Assembly (NCBI GenBank): GCA_045643625.1
Contig: JAZULD010000080.1
Coordinates: 1 to 42,221, forward strand
DNA length: 42,221 bases
Direction of reading: 5' to 3'
Source: Acetatifactor sp.
GTDB lineage: Bacteria; Bacillota; Clostridia; Lachnospirales; Lachnospiraceae
The notes under the pieces are model-generated. The model was not told where the DNA came from and ran no database searches. It was given only the letters and a program-made list of their open reading frames with translations. The translations under genes and the position numbers were made by a program. Positions 25,279 to 33,432 of the stretch are shown here, piece after piece (the stretch's first letter is position 1; each line of letters begins with the position of its first letter).

Positions 25279-28200
25279 CTACTCCTCATCGTTTCCCGTT
25301 TCGAAGTTCTCCTCGTCCCAGTCCTCTTCCCACGGGAAGTCGCCGTCCTCGTAGTTGTAGTCTGGCATACTGCCATTCAGTCCCGCCTCTTCCCGCATCA
25401 GGTCCAGAGCATCGTCCCACTTTAACTTGCCGTACTTGCGGTAGTTGTAGCCGGGGATGCTGTCGTCAAAGCCGCAGACCTTCTTGAAGGAGCAGTACTG
25501 ACAGGCATAGCTCTTATCGTTCTCATAGGTGGGATTCACCTCGATGTCGCCCTCCAAGATGCGCTTGCCGAAGCCGGCCAGCTTGGCATTCACATGGCCG
25601 GACACCAGGTCGAAATCCTCCTTCGTAAGCACCGCGGAGGCTGCAGTGTAGGCGTCCTTTTTGATCTCCACAGGAATCACTGCGGACTTGCCGTCCAGGT
25701 ACTTATCAAGCATATCGACCACTTCACGGTCGGCATTCACCGCACCTGTGGTGCGAAGCTCCGCAAGCAGCAGGTCCTCCCTGTCGATCTTGTCTGGCTC
25801 GTTATCATTCTTGATCACGGGGTCATCCACGTGATAGTAGAGCATGGCCGCAGGGACCACCTCTTTTCCGGGGTTGCGCTCGGCCATCAGCTTCATGGCA
25901 CTGTCCATGTAGACTGCAAGCTGCAGCTGTTTGCCGCGGTAGACCTCCGCAGGATCGAACTTCTTATTGCCGGTCTTGTAATCCACGACCTTCACAAAGA
26001 GCCGTCCGTCTCTGTCGGCCAGGTCGATGCGGTCGATCTTGCCGACCAGGCGCACGGAAGCACTCTCATCCTGCGCTTGTTTGTTATCAAAGGAGAAGCT
26101 CACCTCGTACTCGTCGGGGGTAAATTCTCCCTGCTCCAGTTGTTTTCTGATGCCCCAGACAGCGCGGTCAAGGATACGGGCCATACGGGTGATGGCATAT
26201 TGATTTCTCGCGCTGCTGTAGAGCACGGTCTCACCGTACTCTGCCGCCACATTCTCAAGAAGCGTGCGCACTTTCTCCCCCGCGTACTCCTCAGGGAAGG
26301 AAAACCAGTTGTAACCGTCCTCGGGAAGTCCTCTTCCGAACTTCTCAAGAACCTCATGGAACACATTTCCAAGGTCCACGCGCTCAAAGCCAAACTCGCC
26401 GCGCTCCTTTAATTTCAGGCCGTACTGCAGGAAATGTCTGTAGGCGCAGGAGGCGTAATTCTCAAGTCTTGAAATGCTGGCAAACAGTGTCTGTCCGTAG
26501 AGTGCCTTGGCCACCGCTTCAGACAGAGGGCTGTTCTCATAGCGCAGGAAGGCCGCGTTTTTGAGGTCCTCCGGGGTCTCCTCGCCGCTTAGCTCATAGG
26601 CATGGTAGACCGTGAGGATCTCCTTTCGCTTTGCTTCATCCCTAAGATCCCCCGACACGAACTCTCTCAGTCCCTCCGCCAGGCAGTCTAAGCCTTCCGC
26701 GTCGGTCTCTATCATGTCGATCAGGCTCTCGGTCTCGGGATGCGATACTTCCGCCCCGGGGAACATCTGCTTCAAGGTCTCCACCAGATAGGCGGGGCGG
26801 AGGCTCTTTCCCTGGGCGTCCATGCGGGCAAAGCTGATAAAAAGCCTGTCCACAGGTCTTGTCATATTCAGGTAGAGATAAAATCTCTGGGTAAACATTT
26901 TCTGCCTGGGCGTGGGTGCAAGCTCTGTGCCGCTGCCCTTCAGGAATTCTCTGTCCATGTCGGAGATGATGCCGCCATTGCCGGATGCCTTAGGGATATT
27001 GCCGTCGTTGACACCCATGAAAAACAGCACCTTTACGCTCTTCAAACGAGTGCGCTCCATGTCTCCCACCAGCACGCGGTCCACGTTCTGCGGGATGGTG
27101 CCCACCTGGATCTCCGCAAAGCCTGCCTCCAGGATCTCCGCAAATTCCTTCAGCGTGATCTCTTCATCGCCGAGCAGCGTGTAGATCTGATCGAGAAGCT
27201 CCATGACAAGACGGTAGATCTGAGCATACTCGCCCGCCTTTGCAAGGTCGCCCTGCTCTGTAAAAAGAGCCTCATACTCCGCAAGCTTCGCAGCCGCCCC
27301 CGTCTTCTCGAGGAAGTCGTACAGGCCCTCCACGTATTTTGCAGCCCTGGCCTTTTTCTCGCTGCAGAGAACTGCGAGCTGCTCCATCATGCGCTCCCTG
27401 ACTGCATTCAGGCGCACAAGGATCTCCTCGTCCTCGCCCATGGAAGCAGTCTTACGCACGAACATTTTGCTGTATTTGGAAAATCCCCGAAGGCCGCTCT
27501 CCACCGCATAATCGTCCAGTTCGTCGGTCTCCTCTGCGGTCACATCCGCCAGTCCGCTCCTCAGATAGTGGAACACAGACTCGTAGGAGAAGTCCTGCAG
27601 GAAGATCTGCAGCGCGCTCTTACAGTACTCCACCATGGGGTTTAAGATCAGGCCTCTGGTGGTATCGATATAGTTGGGAATCTTAAGTTTGTCAAATTCT
27701 TTCTCCACATAGGGCGCGTAGCCCGCAAGGTCGCCGAGGATCACAGCGATATCGCGGAAGGCCAGGCCCTCTTTGCGGACCAGTCTTCTGATGGCCAGAC
27801 CCACCTGGCGCACCTCCTCCTTCACATCGGAGGTCTCGAAGATCTGAATGTTGTCGGCCGCGTCTCTGTAAGGCGCCGCACCGTAGCGGAACAGGGAGCC
27901 CGTCAGATGACGCAGCTCCTTACACTGAAGATCGTAGGCAGGCAGGTACACATCCTCGCCCCGCTTCACATGAAGCTCGTTCGCAAGGCGTGTCATGTCT
28001 GCAACAGTCTTCCCTGTCAGGTAGAAGAGCTCCTGCTCTCCCTTCAGGGAAAATGCATTCTCGCCCTCGCCGAGATTCAATGACAAAATGACCTCGTCAC
28101 TGAGTCTCATCAGTTCCCCAAGCAGTCTGTTCTGCACGGGAGTAAAGCCGGTAAATCCGTCAAGCACCACTACACTTCCGGGAATCAGCGCGGACTCGGA

Positions 28201-28764
28201 AAGGGAGCGTGTCAGCACGTCGAGGGTCTCCTCGGCTGTGACGAATCTGCCGTGAATATAGTCAAGGAAGCCCTTGTAAAGGGTCTTTAAGTCGATAAGC
28301 TTGCCGGACAGAGCACCTCTCTGCTTCGCAAAATCGATCAGTCCGTCGATGTCCTCCGGCTTCAGTCCGTACTGCATAAACTCGGACACCGCGCTCTTAA
28401 CCTCGTGGATATAGCCCTGACGGTGCAGAAGACCTCCCAGCGTGGGAAGCTCGTCTTTTAAGTCTGCTGCCACCTTCTGGAGCACCAGACTCTTGCCCGT
28501 ATCATCAAGCACGGAGAATTCCCTGCCGCCGACCTCCTCGAGGACGCGGTGGCTCAGGCGTCCGAAACTTAACACATCGATGTTCAGAATGCCCCCGCGC
28601 TCGTGAAGCTCCACCAGTTCCTTCTGGGTCTGCATGGTGAACTGGTCGGGCACGATCACGAGAAAGGTGCGATCCTTCTCAACCAGGCTTCGTGCAATGA
28701 TATCCTTGTAAAGTTGTCTGCTGCGGCCCGCGTCTGAAGGGCCAAAATAAAAGCGCAAACTCAT
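25279..28764 (-). CDS. addB: ATP-dependent helicase/nuclease subunit B
   Basis: IVPDQFT, VLSFGRL, DGFTGFT, S.SRLE.YA.C, GKIDRID..VVDYKTG, QL.VY, C.YC.....C Fe-S ligands; adjacent to addA. Confidence 0.94.
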   Translation of the reverse strand: MSLRFYFGPSDAGRSRQLYKDIIARSLVEKDRTFLVIVPDQFTMQTQKELVELHERGGILNIDVLSFGRLSHRVLEEVGGREFSVLDDTGKSLVLQKVAADLKDELPTLGGLLHRQGYIHEVKSAVSEFMQYGLKPEDIDGLIDFAKQRGALSGKLIDLKTLYKGFLDYIHGRFVTAEETLDVLTRSLSESALIPGSVVVLDGFTGFTPVQNRLLGELMRLSDEVILSLNLGEGENAFSLKGEQELFYLTGKTVADMTRLANELHVKRGEDVYLPAYDLQCKELRHLTGSLFRYGAAPYRDAADNIQIFETSDVKEEVRQVGLAIRRLVRKEGLAFRDIAVILGDLAGYAPYVEKEFDKLKIPNYIDTTRGLILNPMVEYCKSALQIFLQDFSYESVFHYLRSGLADVTAEETDELDDYAVESGLRGFSKYSKMFVRKTASMGEDEEILVRLNAVRERMMEQLAVLCSEKKARAAKYVEGLYDFLEKTGAAAKLAEYEALFTEQGDLAKAGEYAQIYRLVMELLDQIYTLLGDEEITLKEFAEILEAGFAEIQVGTIPQNVDRVLVGDMERTRLKSVKVLFFMGVNDGNIPKASGNGGIISDMDREFLKGSGTELAPTPRQKMFTQRFYLYLNMTRPVDRLFISFARMDAQGKSLRPAYLVETLKQMFPGAEVSHPETESLIDMIETDAEGLDCLAEGLREFVSGDLRDEAKRKEILTVYHAYELSGEETPEDLKNAAFLRYENSPLSEAVAKALYGQTLFASISRLENYASCAYRHFLQYGLKLKERGEFGFERVDLGNVFHEVLEKFGRGLPEDGYNWFSFPEEYAGEKVRTLLENVAAEYGETVLYSSARNQYAITRMARILDRAVWGIRKQLEQGEFTPDEYEVSFSFDNKQAQDESASVRLVGKIDRIDLADRDGRLFVKVVDYKTGNKKFDPAEVYRGKQLQLAVYMDSAMKLMAERNPGKEVVPAAMLYYHVDDPVIKNDNEPDKIDREDLLLAELRTTGAVNADREVVDMLDKYLDGKSAVIPVEIKKDAYTAASAVLTKEDFDLVSGHVNAKLAGFGKRILEGDIEVNPTYENDKSYACQYCSFKKVCGFDDSIPGYNYRKYGKLKWDDALDLMREEAGLNGSMPDYNYEDGDFPWEEDWDEENFETGNDEE

Positions 28765-28802
28765 GCTGTTTACATCCTTTCGGATATGGTTGTCGGTTTT
28801 TC

Positions 28803-29555
28803 TTAGTTCAGGTCAAGCTCTACGGGGCAGTGATCGGAGCCCATGATATCGGGATGGATCGAAGCGCCTGCAAGTCTGTCCCGGAGGCTAACGGAGGTCA
28901 CAAAATAGTCGATACGCCAGCCTACGTTCTTGGCTCTCGCTCCGCCCATGTAGGACCACCAGGAATAGGCGCCCTCAAGGTCGGGATAGAAGTGACGGAA
29001 GCTGTCCACATATCCTGCCTCCAGGAGCCTTGTAAAACAGGCTCTCTCCTCGTCGGTGAAGCCGGCGTTCTTGTGATTGGTCTTGGGGTTCTTAAGATCG
29101 ATCTCCTTGTGAGCCACGTTCAAATCTCCGCAGAATACAACGGGCTTCTTCTCATTCAGGCTCTCGATGTACATAAGAAAGGCCTTCTCCCACTCCTGAC
29201 GATAGTCAAGTCTTGTCAGTTCTCTCTGGGAGTTGGGGGTATATACAGTCACCACGTAGAATTCTTCAAACTCGGCGGTGATCACTCTGCCCTCGGTGTC
29301 GTGTTCGGGCACGCCAATACCGTAAGTAACCGCAATGGGCTCCTTTTTTGTAAAAAGAGCGGTTCCGGAATAGCCCTTTTTCTCGGCATAGTTCCAGTAC
29401 TGATAATAGCCCGGCAGGTCAAGTTCCAGCTGTCCTGCGCTCAACTTCGTCTCCTGCAGGCAGAAAATGTCTGCGTCGATCTCATTAAAAAAATCAAGAA
29501 AGCCCTTCTGAAGACAGGCTCTGATACCGTTTACATTCCAGGAAATAAGTTTCAT
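28803..29555 (-). CDS. xth: Exodeoxyribonuclease III / AP endonuclease
   Basis: ISWNVNG, CLQETK, GYSGT, GDLNVAH, YSWWSY, GWRIDY, GSDHCP. Confidence 0.96.
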   Translation of the reverse strand: MKLISWNVNGIRACLQKGFLDFFNEIDADIFCLQETKLSAGQLELDLPGYYQYWNYAEKKGYSGTALFTKKEPIAVTYGIGVPEHDTEGRVITAEFEEFYVVTVYTPNSQRELTRLDYRQEWEKAFLMYIESLNEKKPVVFCGDLNVAHKEIDLKNPKTNHKNAGFTDEERACFTRLLEAGYVDSFRHFYPDLEGAYSWWSYMGGARAKNVGWRIDYFVTSVSLRDRLAGASIHPDIMGSDHCPVELDLN

Positions 29556-29644
29556 TTTCGATCGTTCTCCTTTTTTGAAGCTAAATTTATTATCTTATTC
29601 CTGCCTGTTTTTGTCCACCCTTTTCGCAATTCATAATACAGACA

Positions 29645-29673
29645 TTGCCCCCAAACACCCCCTGTGATATAAT
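29645..29673 (+). promoter_or_regulatory. Sigma-A promoter upstream of the structured leader and DUF6062 gene
   Basis: TTGCCC-N17-TATAAT with extended TG. Confidence 0.7.
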
Positions 29674-29679
29674 ATCCGC

Positions 29680-29776
29680 AAGGACGGCGGTTCCGGGGGG
29701 AGTACGGCAACGTATCGCCGGTGTCTCGGCTCACACACATATAAAACCCGGAGAACACACGGCGGCCGCCGTTCTT
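29680..29776 (+). ncRNA. Candidate structured 5' leader/small RNA, family not recognised
   Basis: 13-bp closing stem 29680-29692/29764-29776 with 3 G-U pairs; internal TACG-GCAA-CGTA GNRA hairpin; starts at the predicted TSS. Confidence 0.5.
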
Positions 29777-29795
29777 AAGTGAAAGGGAAAAGAAG

Positions 29796-30557
29796 ATGAA
29801 AGAAAAGCTTTATACCATACCCATGAATGACGCGGTCAATGCCGCCGATGAATGCCCTTTTTGCTTCCTGGAGCGCAAACTGGAACAGGACGCTATGGAC
29901 TTCACCTTAGGTTCCTGCTCATCCTACATGGAGGATGATGTGCGCGCCATGACCGACAGTCAGGGTTTCTGCAGAACGCACTTTAACAAGATGTTCGTCT
30001 ACGGCAACACTCTGGGCAACGGTTGGATCTTAAAGACTCATCTTAAGAAGACTTTACAGGAAATGCAGTCCCAATTTTCGGACTTTAATCCCCAGAAGCC
30101 CTCTTTTCGCGCGCGTTTCAAGGGCGGCAGCGATGCCGAGAACTCCATTGCAGCCTGGATCGAAGCACGCGAGAAGTCCTGTTTTATCTGTAATCGCATA
30201 CAGGCAGACTATGTTCTGTTTATCAATACCTTCTTCCATCTCTGGAAGCATGATGCCGAGTTCGTAGCGAAGATCGAGGCAAGCAAGGGCTTTTGCCTGA
30301 CCCACTACGGCGATCTGGTAAAGGGTGCCGACGAGAAGCTCTCCGGCAAGAGCAAGGACGAGTTCTACAGCGTGACCATGCCCCTGATGGAGCACAATTT
30401 TGAGCGTCTCTATGAAGATGTGAGCTGGCTGGTCGACAAGTTCGACTACCGCAACAAGGACGCAGACTGGAAGAATTCCCGCGATTCCCTTCAGCGTGCT
30501 ATGCAGAAAGAAAAAGGCGGATACCCTGCGGATCCGCCCTATAGAAACAATATTTAA
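29796..30557 (+). CDS. DUF6062-like protein with two CxxC...FCxxH repeats (putative Zn binding)
   Basis: MKEKLYTIP..A...ECPFC..GFCRTH and CFIC..GFCLTH, KFDYRN....W..SRDS. Confidence 0.75.
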   Translation: MKEKLYTIPMNDAVNAADECPFCFLERKLEQDAMDFTLGSCSSYMEDDVRAMTDSQGFCRTHFNKMFVYGNTLGNGWILKTHLKKTLQEMQSQFSDFNPQKPSFRARFKGGSDAENSIAAWIEAREKSCFICNRIQADYVLFINTFFHLWKHDAEFVAKIEASKGFCLTHYGDLVKGADEKLSGKSKDEFYSVTMPLMEHNFERLYEDVSWLVDKFDYRNKDADWKNSRDSLQRAMQKEKGGYPADPPYRNNI

Positions 30558-31159
30558 CTGTGATATACAGCCTTCTTCAGCATTTCGAGATAGGCTGTGA
30601 TCTCATCGTAGAGCGCGCGGGGATCGAACTGTTCCCTCGCAAAATGCTCTGTCATCAGGCCCCTGCAGGTCAGGTCCACGGTCTTTAACAGCATATGACC
30701 GTCCACACCCTCGGGAACCTGTGAATAATCGATGCGGCTGTAGAACTTCTCATACGCATCGAGGACTTCCTGTCTCTTGCCTGCGGTCTCCTCCGAGGCT
30801 TCATCAAGAGGTTCGGACATCGCCCGGTCGAGGAAGAGCTTCATGTAAGGATAGCACTTCATGGCACGCATATGTGCAAGCTCCAGCTGCTTTTTTACAT
30901 CGAACAGGTCATTCTTCCTGGGCTCCTCGGCACTGCTCATCTCAAGGAGCAGGTAGCGGACGCTGTAGTCGTAGACGAAGTCATACACGCCTGCCTTATT
31001 CTCAAAATAGTGGAACAGCAGACCCTTGCTGATGGCAGCCTCGCGCACGATATCATCGGTGCTGGCATGCTTGAAGCCCTGAAGAGCGAACACCTTCAGC
31101 GCGGCGTTGATCATGCGATCCTGTTTTTCTTTTCTCAGGTCAAAAAATTTGCTGTTCAT
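30554..31159 (-). CDS. TetR/AcrR family transcriptional regulator
   Basis: AAL.VFA.QGF..ASTDDIV.EA.ISKGLLFHYF.NK helix-turn-helix. Confidence 0.92.
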   Translation of the reverse strand: MNSKFFDLRKEKQDRMINAALKVFALQGFKHASTDDIVREAAISKGLLFHYFENKAGVYDFVYDYSVRYLLLEMSSAEEPRKNDLFDVKKQLELAHMRAMKCYPYMKLFLDRAMSEPLDEASEETAGKRQEVLDAYEKFYSRIDYSQVPEGVDGHMLLKTVDLTCRGLMTEHFAREQFDPRALYDEITAYLEMLKKAVYHS

Positions 31160-31206
31160 ACCCTTCTCCTCCGCGGCAGATACCTGCCGTCTGCGATGTA
31201 TTTAGA

Positions 31207-31235
31207 AGTGTATCACACAATCTGCGGGCTTTCAA
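31207..31235 (-). promoter_or_regulatory. Putative sigma-A promoter of tetR
   Basis: Minus strand TTGAAA-N17-TACACT with extended TG. Confidence 0.6.
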
Positions 31236-31273
31236 GACAACCCATCGGAACAAACACAAATTTGGCAACATCT

Positions 31274-31293
31274 CTTTTCATTTCGATGAAAAG
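31274..31293. promoter_or_regulatory. Perfect 8-bp inverted repeat; candidate operator or 5'UTR hairpin
   Basis: CTTTTCAT-ttcg-ATGAAAAG between divergent tetR and the acidic-protein gene. Confidence 0.45.
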
Positions 31294-31326
31294 GATCAAC
31301 ATATCACACAGAAAGGAGTAATTACT

Positions 31327-31743
31327 ATGGCAAAGAAACTTGGACCCATCCTCATGGCTGCTGCCGCTATCAGCGCTGCCGCAGCTACCGCTGTTTATTT
31401 TTTGAAGAAGAAGGACGCTGAGCCCGAATCAGACGATCTCGACCTTGATGACGAGGACGAGGAAGTCTGCGGACGCACCTACGTTACCATCACTCCCAAG
31501 GAGGATGCTGAAGAGGCACCCGCTTGCGAGACCTGCGAGGAAGAGGATCTCTTCTTTGACGAGGAGACCTGCGAGGAGGCAAAAGAGGTTGCTGCCGAGG
31601 CAGTAGAGACCGTTGTCGAGTTCGCAGAGGACGCAGCAGAGACTGTATCCGAGACTGTAGAGGAAGCAGCAGAGACCGTTTCCGAGATCGCTGAAAATGC
31701 CGCAGCGGCAGTTGCCGAAGCAGTAGAGGAATTCCACTTCTAA
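31327..31743 (+). CDS. Small membrane-anchored, highly acidic protein with 11-residue repeats
   Basis: AGAAAGGAG RBS; Ala-rich N-terminal helix then KKK; D/E-rich body; terminator downstream. Confidence 0.8.
   Translation: MAKKLGPILMAAAAISAAAATAVYFLKKKDAEPESDDLDLDDEDEEVCGRTYVTITPKEDAEEAPACETCEEEDLFFDEETCEEAKEVAAEAVETVVEFAEDAAETVSETVEEAAETVSEIAENAAAAVAEAVEEFHF
31600..31731 (+). repeat. Degenerate 33-bp coding tandem repeat (~4 units)
   Basis: gcagtagagaccgtt (31600), gcagcagagactgta (31633), gcagcagagaccgtt (31666), weaker unit at 31699. Confidence 0.7.
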
Positions 31744-31815
31744 GACAGCTTCCGCCCTTTGGGCACATTCAGGACACAGGAGCAGGCGAAAAGCCCTCCA
31801 TCGTACCAACAGCAG

Positions 31816-31855
31816 AAAACCGGTACCCCGAGTCGATTCGGAGTACCGGTTTTTT
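31816..31855. terminator. Terminator (probably bidirectional) between the acidic-protein gene and mocR
   Basis: AAAACCGGTACcCCGA-gtcgat-TCGGaGTACCGGTTTTTT. Confidence 0.85.
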
Positions 31856-31920
31856 ATTTCAATTAATAATCGTTCTTCAAAATCTTATCCGCTATGGTGT
31901 TCTTCCGACGCGCCGGAGCA

Positions 31921-33399
31921 TCACTTCTTCTCGATTCCCCATGCCGATTCAAGAAGCGTGATTCCTTTCACGATCTCCTCATCCGACAGACCGCCGAAAC
32001 CGATCAGGATGCCTGCCTTGCGATCCTTGACGGGAGGCATTCCCTCGTACATGCCGTAGACCTTGACGCCTGCGGCGAGTGCAGCGCATGTTAACTCCTC
32101 CTCAGACTCATCGCCAATTGCGGTGAGCACCAGATGAAGACCCGCGTTCTCTCCCGAGATCGCGAAGCGCTCCCTGAAGGGCTCCAAGCAGGTAAGCAGC
32201 AGCTCATGCTTGGCGCGATAGAGCTTGCGCATTTTGTTTAAATGTCTCTCGAAATATCCGTCGCGGATAAACTCGTTTAAGATCCTCTGGTCGATGCGGG
32301 ACACCGTGCAGGATAAGAAGTAACACTCCCTGCGGTAGCGCTCCAGAAGCTCCGTAGGCAGCACCATATAGCTCACACGGATGGCGGGGGCGATCGCCTT
32401 GGAAAAAGTACCCATGTAAATCACGCGGCCCTGTTCATCGGAGGCCTGCAGCGCGGGAATGGGCTTGCCGTGATAGCGGAATTCACTGTCGTAGTCGTCC
32501 TCGATCAGGTAACGTCCGGGCTTGTCGGAGGCCCATCTTAAGAGCTCCGCCCTGCGTCCGATGGGCATGACCACACCGGTGGGGAACTGATGTGAGGGCA
32601 TCACATACGCCACGTCTGCGTCCGTTTCGTTCAGTTCTTTGACACGCATGCCGCCTGCGTCCATATCCACGGTCACCACCTCGTACTCCGAGGAGGCAAA
32701 GATCTGTCCCGCACGCTTGTAGGTAGGGTTCTCCATGGCAACGCGAAGGCGTCTGCCCAGGATCTTTGCAAGCAGCATCAGCAGGTAATCGTTACCCGCG
32801 CCCACCACGATCTGCGCAGGGGTACACTCAACACCTCTGGCGGAGTGCAGATATCTGCTGACAGTCAGTCTTAGCTCCGGGTCGCCCTGGGGCTGTCCCT
32901 GACCGTAGAGATCGCGGTTGTCGTCGTCTAAGACATGCTTGGTGATCTTTTTCCAGACGGAGGCCGGGAAGCCTGTCATATCGATGGCATAGGGCGAAAA
33001 ATCAACGACTGCGCCCTCTCCCTTCGCGGTCTCACCGTCATTCTCTGCACCCGGAAATGCATCGCTTTCACCGCCGGGTACAGTTCCGGAGTCACTCTCC
33101 GCGAGACTGTCGTCCGCCCGGTCCCTTGCGGGATATGCGTTAAACACTTCCTCCAATCTGCACACGTAGTAGCCTCTGTAGGGGCTCGCCTCGATGTAGC
33201 CCTCGCTTAAGAGCTGCTCGTAGGCGTAATCCACAGTGCTTCGTGAGACCTGGAGATTATTTGCCAAAGAACGCGTTGAGGGAAGCTTCTCACCAGCGAG
33301 AAGCTTCCCTGTTTTGATTTCATCTCTGATATGTTCATAGATCTGCTGATAGAGGCACTTGGCGTCCTCCATCTTCAGCTGTATGGTCATCTCATACAT
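31921..33399 (-). CDS. MocR/GabR family PLP-dependent transcriptional regulator (PdxR-like)
   Basis: GntR wHTH LYQQIY..LPSTRSLA..VSRSTV..AYEQL..EGYI; aminotransferase-like domain PSHQFPTG, IEDDYDSEFRY, GTFSK (PLP Lys). Confidence 0.92.
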   Translation of the reverse strand: MYEMTIQLKMEDAKCLYQQIYEHIRDEIKTGKLLAGEKLPSTRSLANNLQVSRSTVDYAYEQLLSEGYIEASPYRGYYVCRLEEVFNAYPARDRADDSLAESDSGTVPGGESDAFPGAENDGETAKGEGAVVDFSPYAIDMTGFPASVWKKITKHVLDDDNRDLYGQGQPQGDPELRLTVSRYLHSARGVECTPAQIVVGAGNDYLLMLLAKILGRRLRVAMENPTYKRAGQIFASSEYEVVTVDMDAGGMRVKELNETDADVAYVMPSHQFPTGVVMPIGRRAELLRWASDKPGRYLIEDDYDSEFRYHGKPIPALQASDEQGRVIYMGTFSKAIAPAIRVSYMVLPTELLERYRRECYFLSCTVSRIDQRILNEFIRDGYFERHLNKMRKLYRAKHELLLTCLEPFRERFAISGENAGLHLVLTAIGDESEEELTCAALAAGVKVYGMYEGMPPVKDRKAGILIGFGGLSDEEIVKGITLLESAWGIEKK

Positions 33400-33432
33400 A
33401 GTCCGTCTCCTCTTCCGGGAGGGTCATCCTTT

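Noticed and set aside
26740-27645. 301-aa antisense ORF in addB (and similar ones at 2476-3276, 22823-23650, 25594-26412, 28830-29636)
   Set aside because: Mirror frames of conserved minus-strand genes; no independent evidence
29552-29758. 68-aa minus-strand ORF upstream of xth
   Set aside because: No RBS, overlaps the plus-strand promoter and structured leader; xth has its own AAGGAG RBS
31600-31731. Possible CRISPR-like periodicity
   Set aside because: Degenerate in-frame 33-bp coding repeats without spacers; no cas genes
31745-31810. Possible self-cleaving ribozyme in the 3'UTR with two small hairpins
   Set aside because: No hammerhead (CUGAnGA/GAAA), pistol or twister core found on either strand
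31921-33399. MocR regulator downstream of glnS as a special regulatory link
   Set aside because: Standard PdxR-like protein; no target gene or operator visible in the window, so adjacency alone supports nothing
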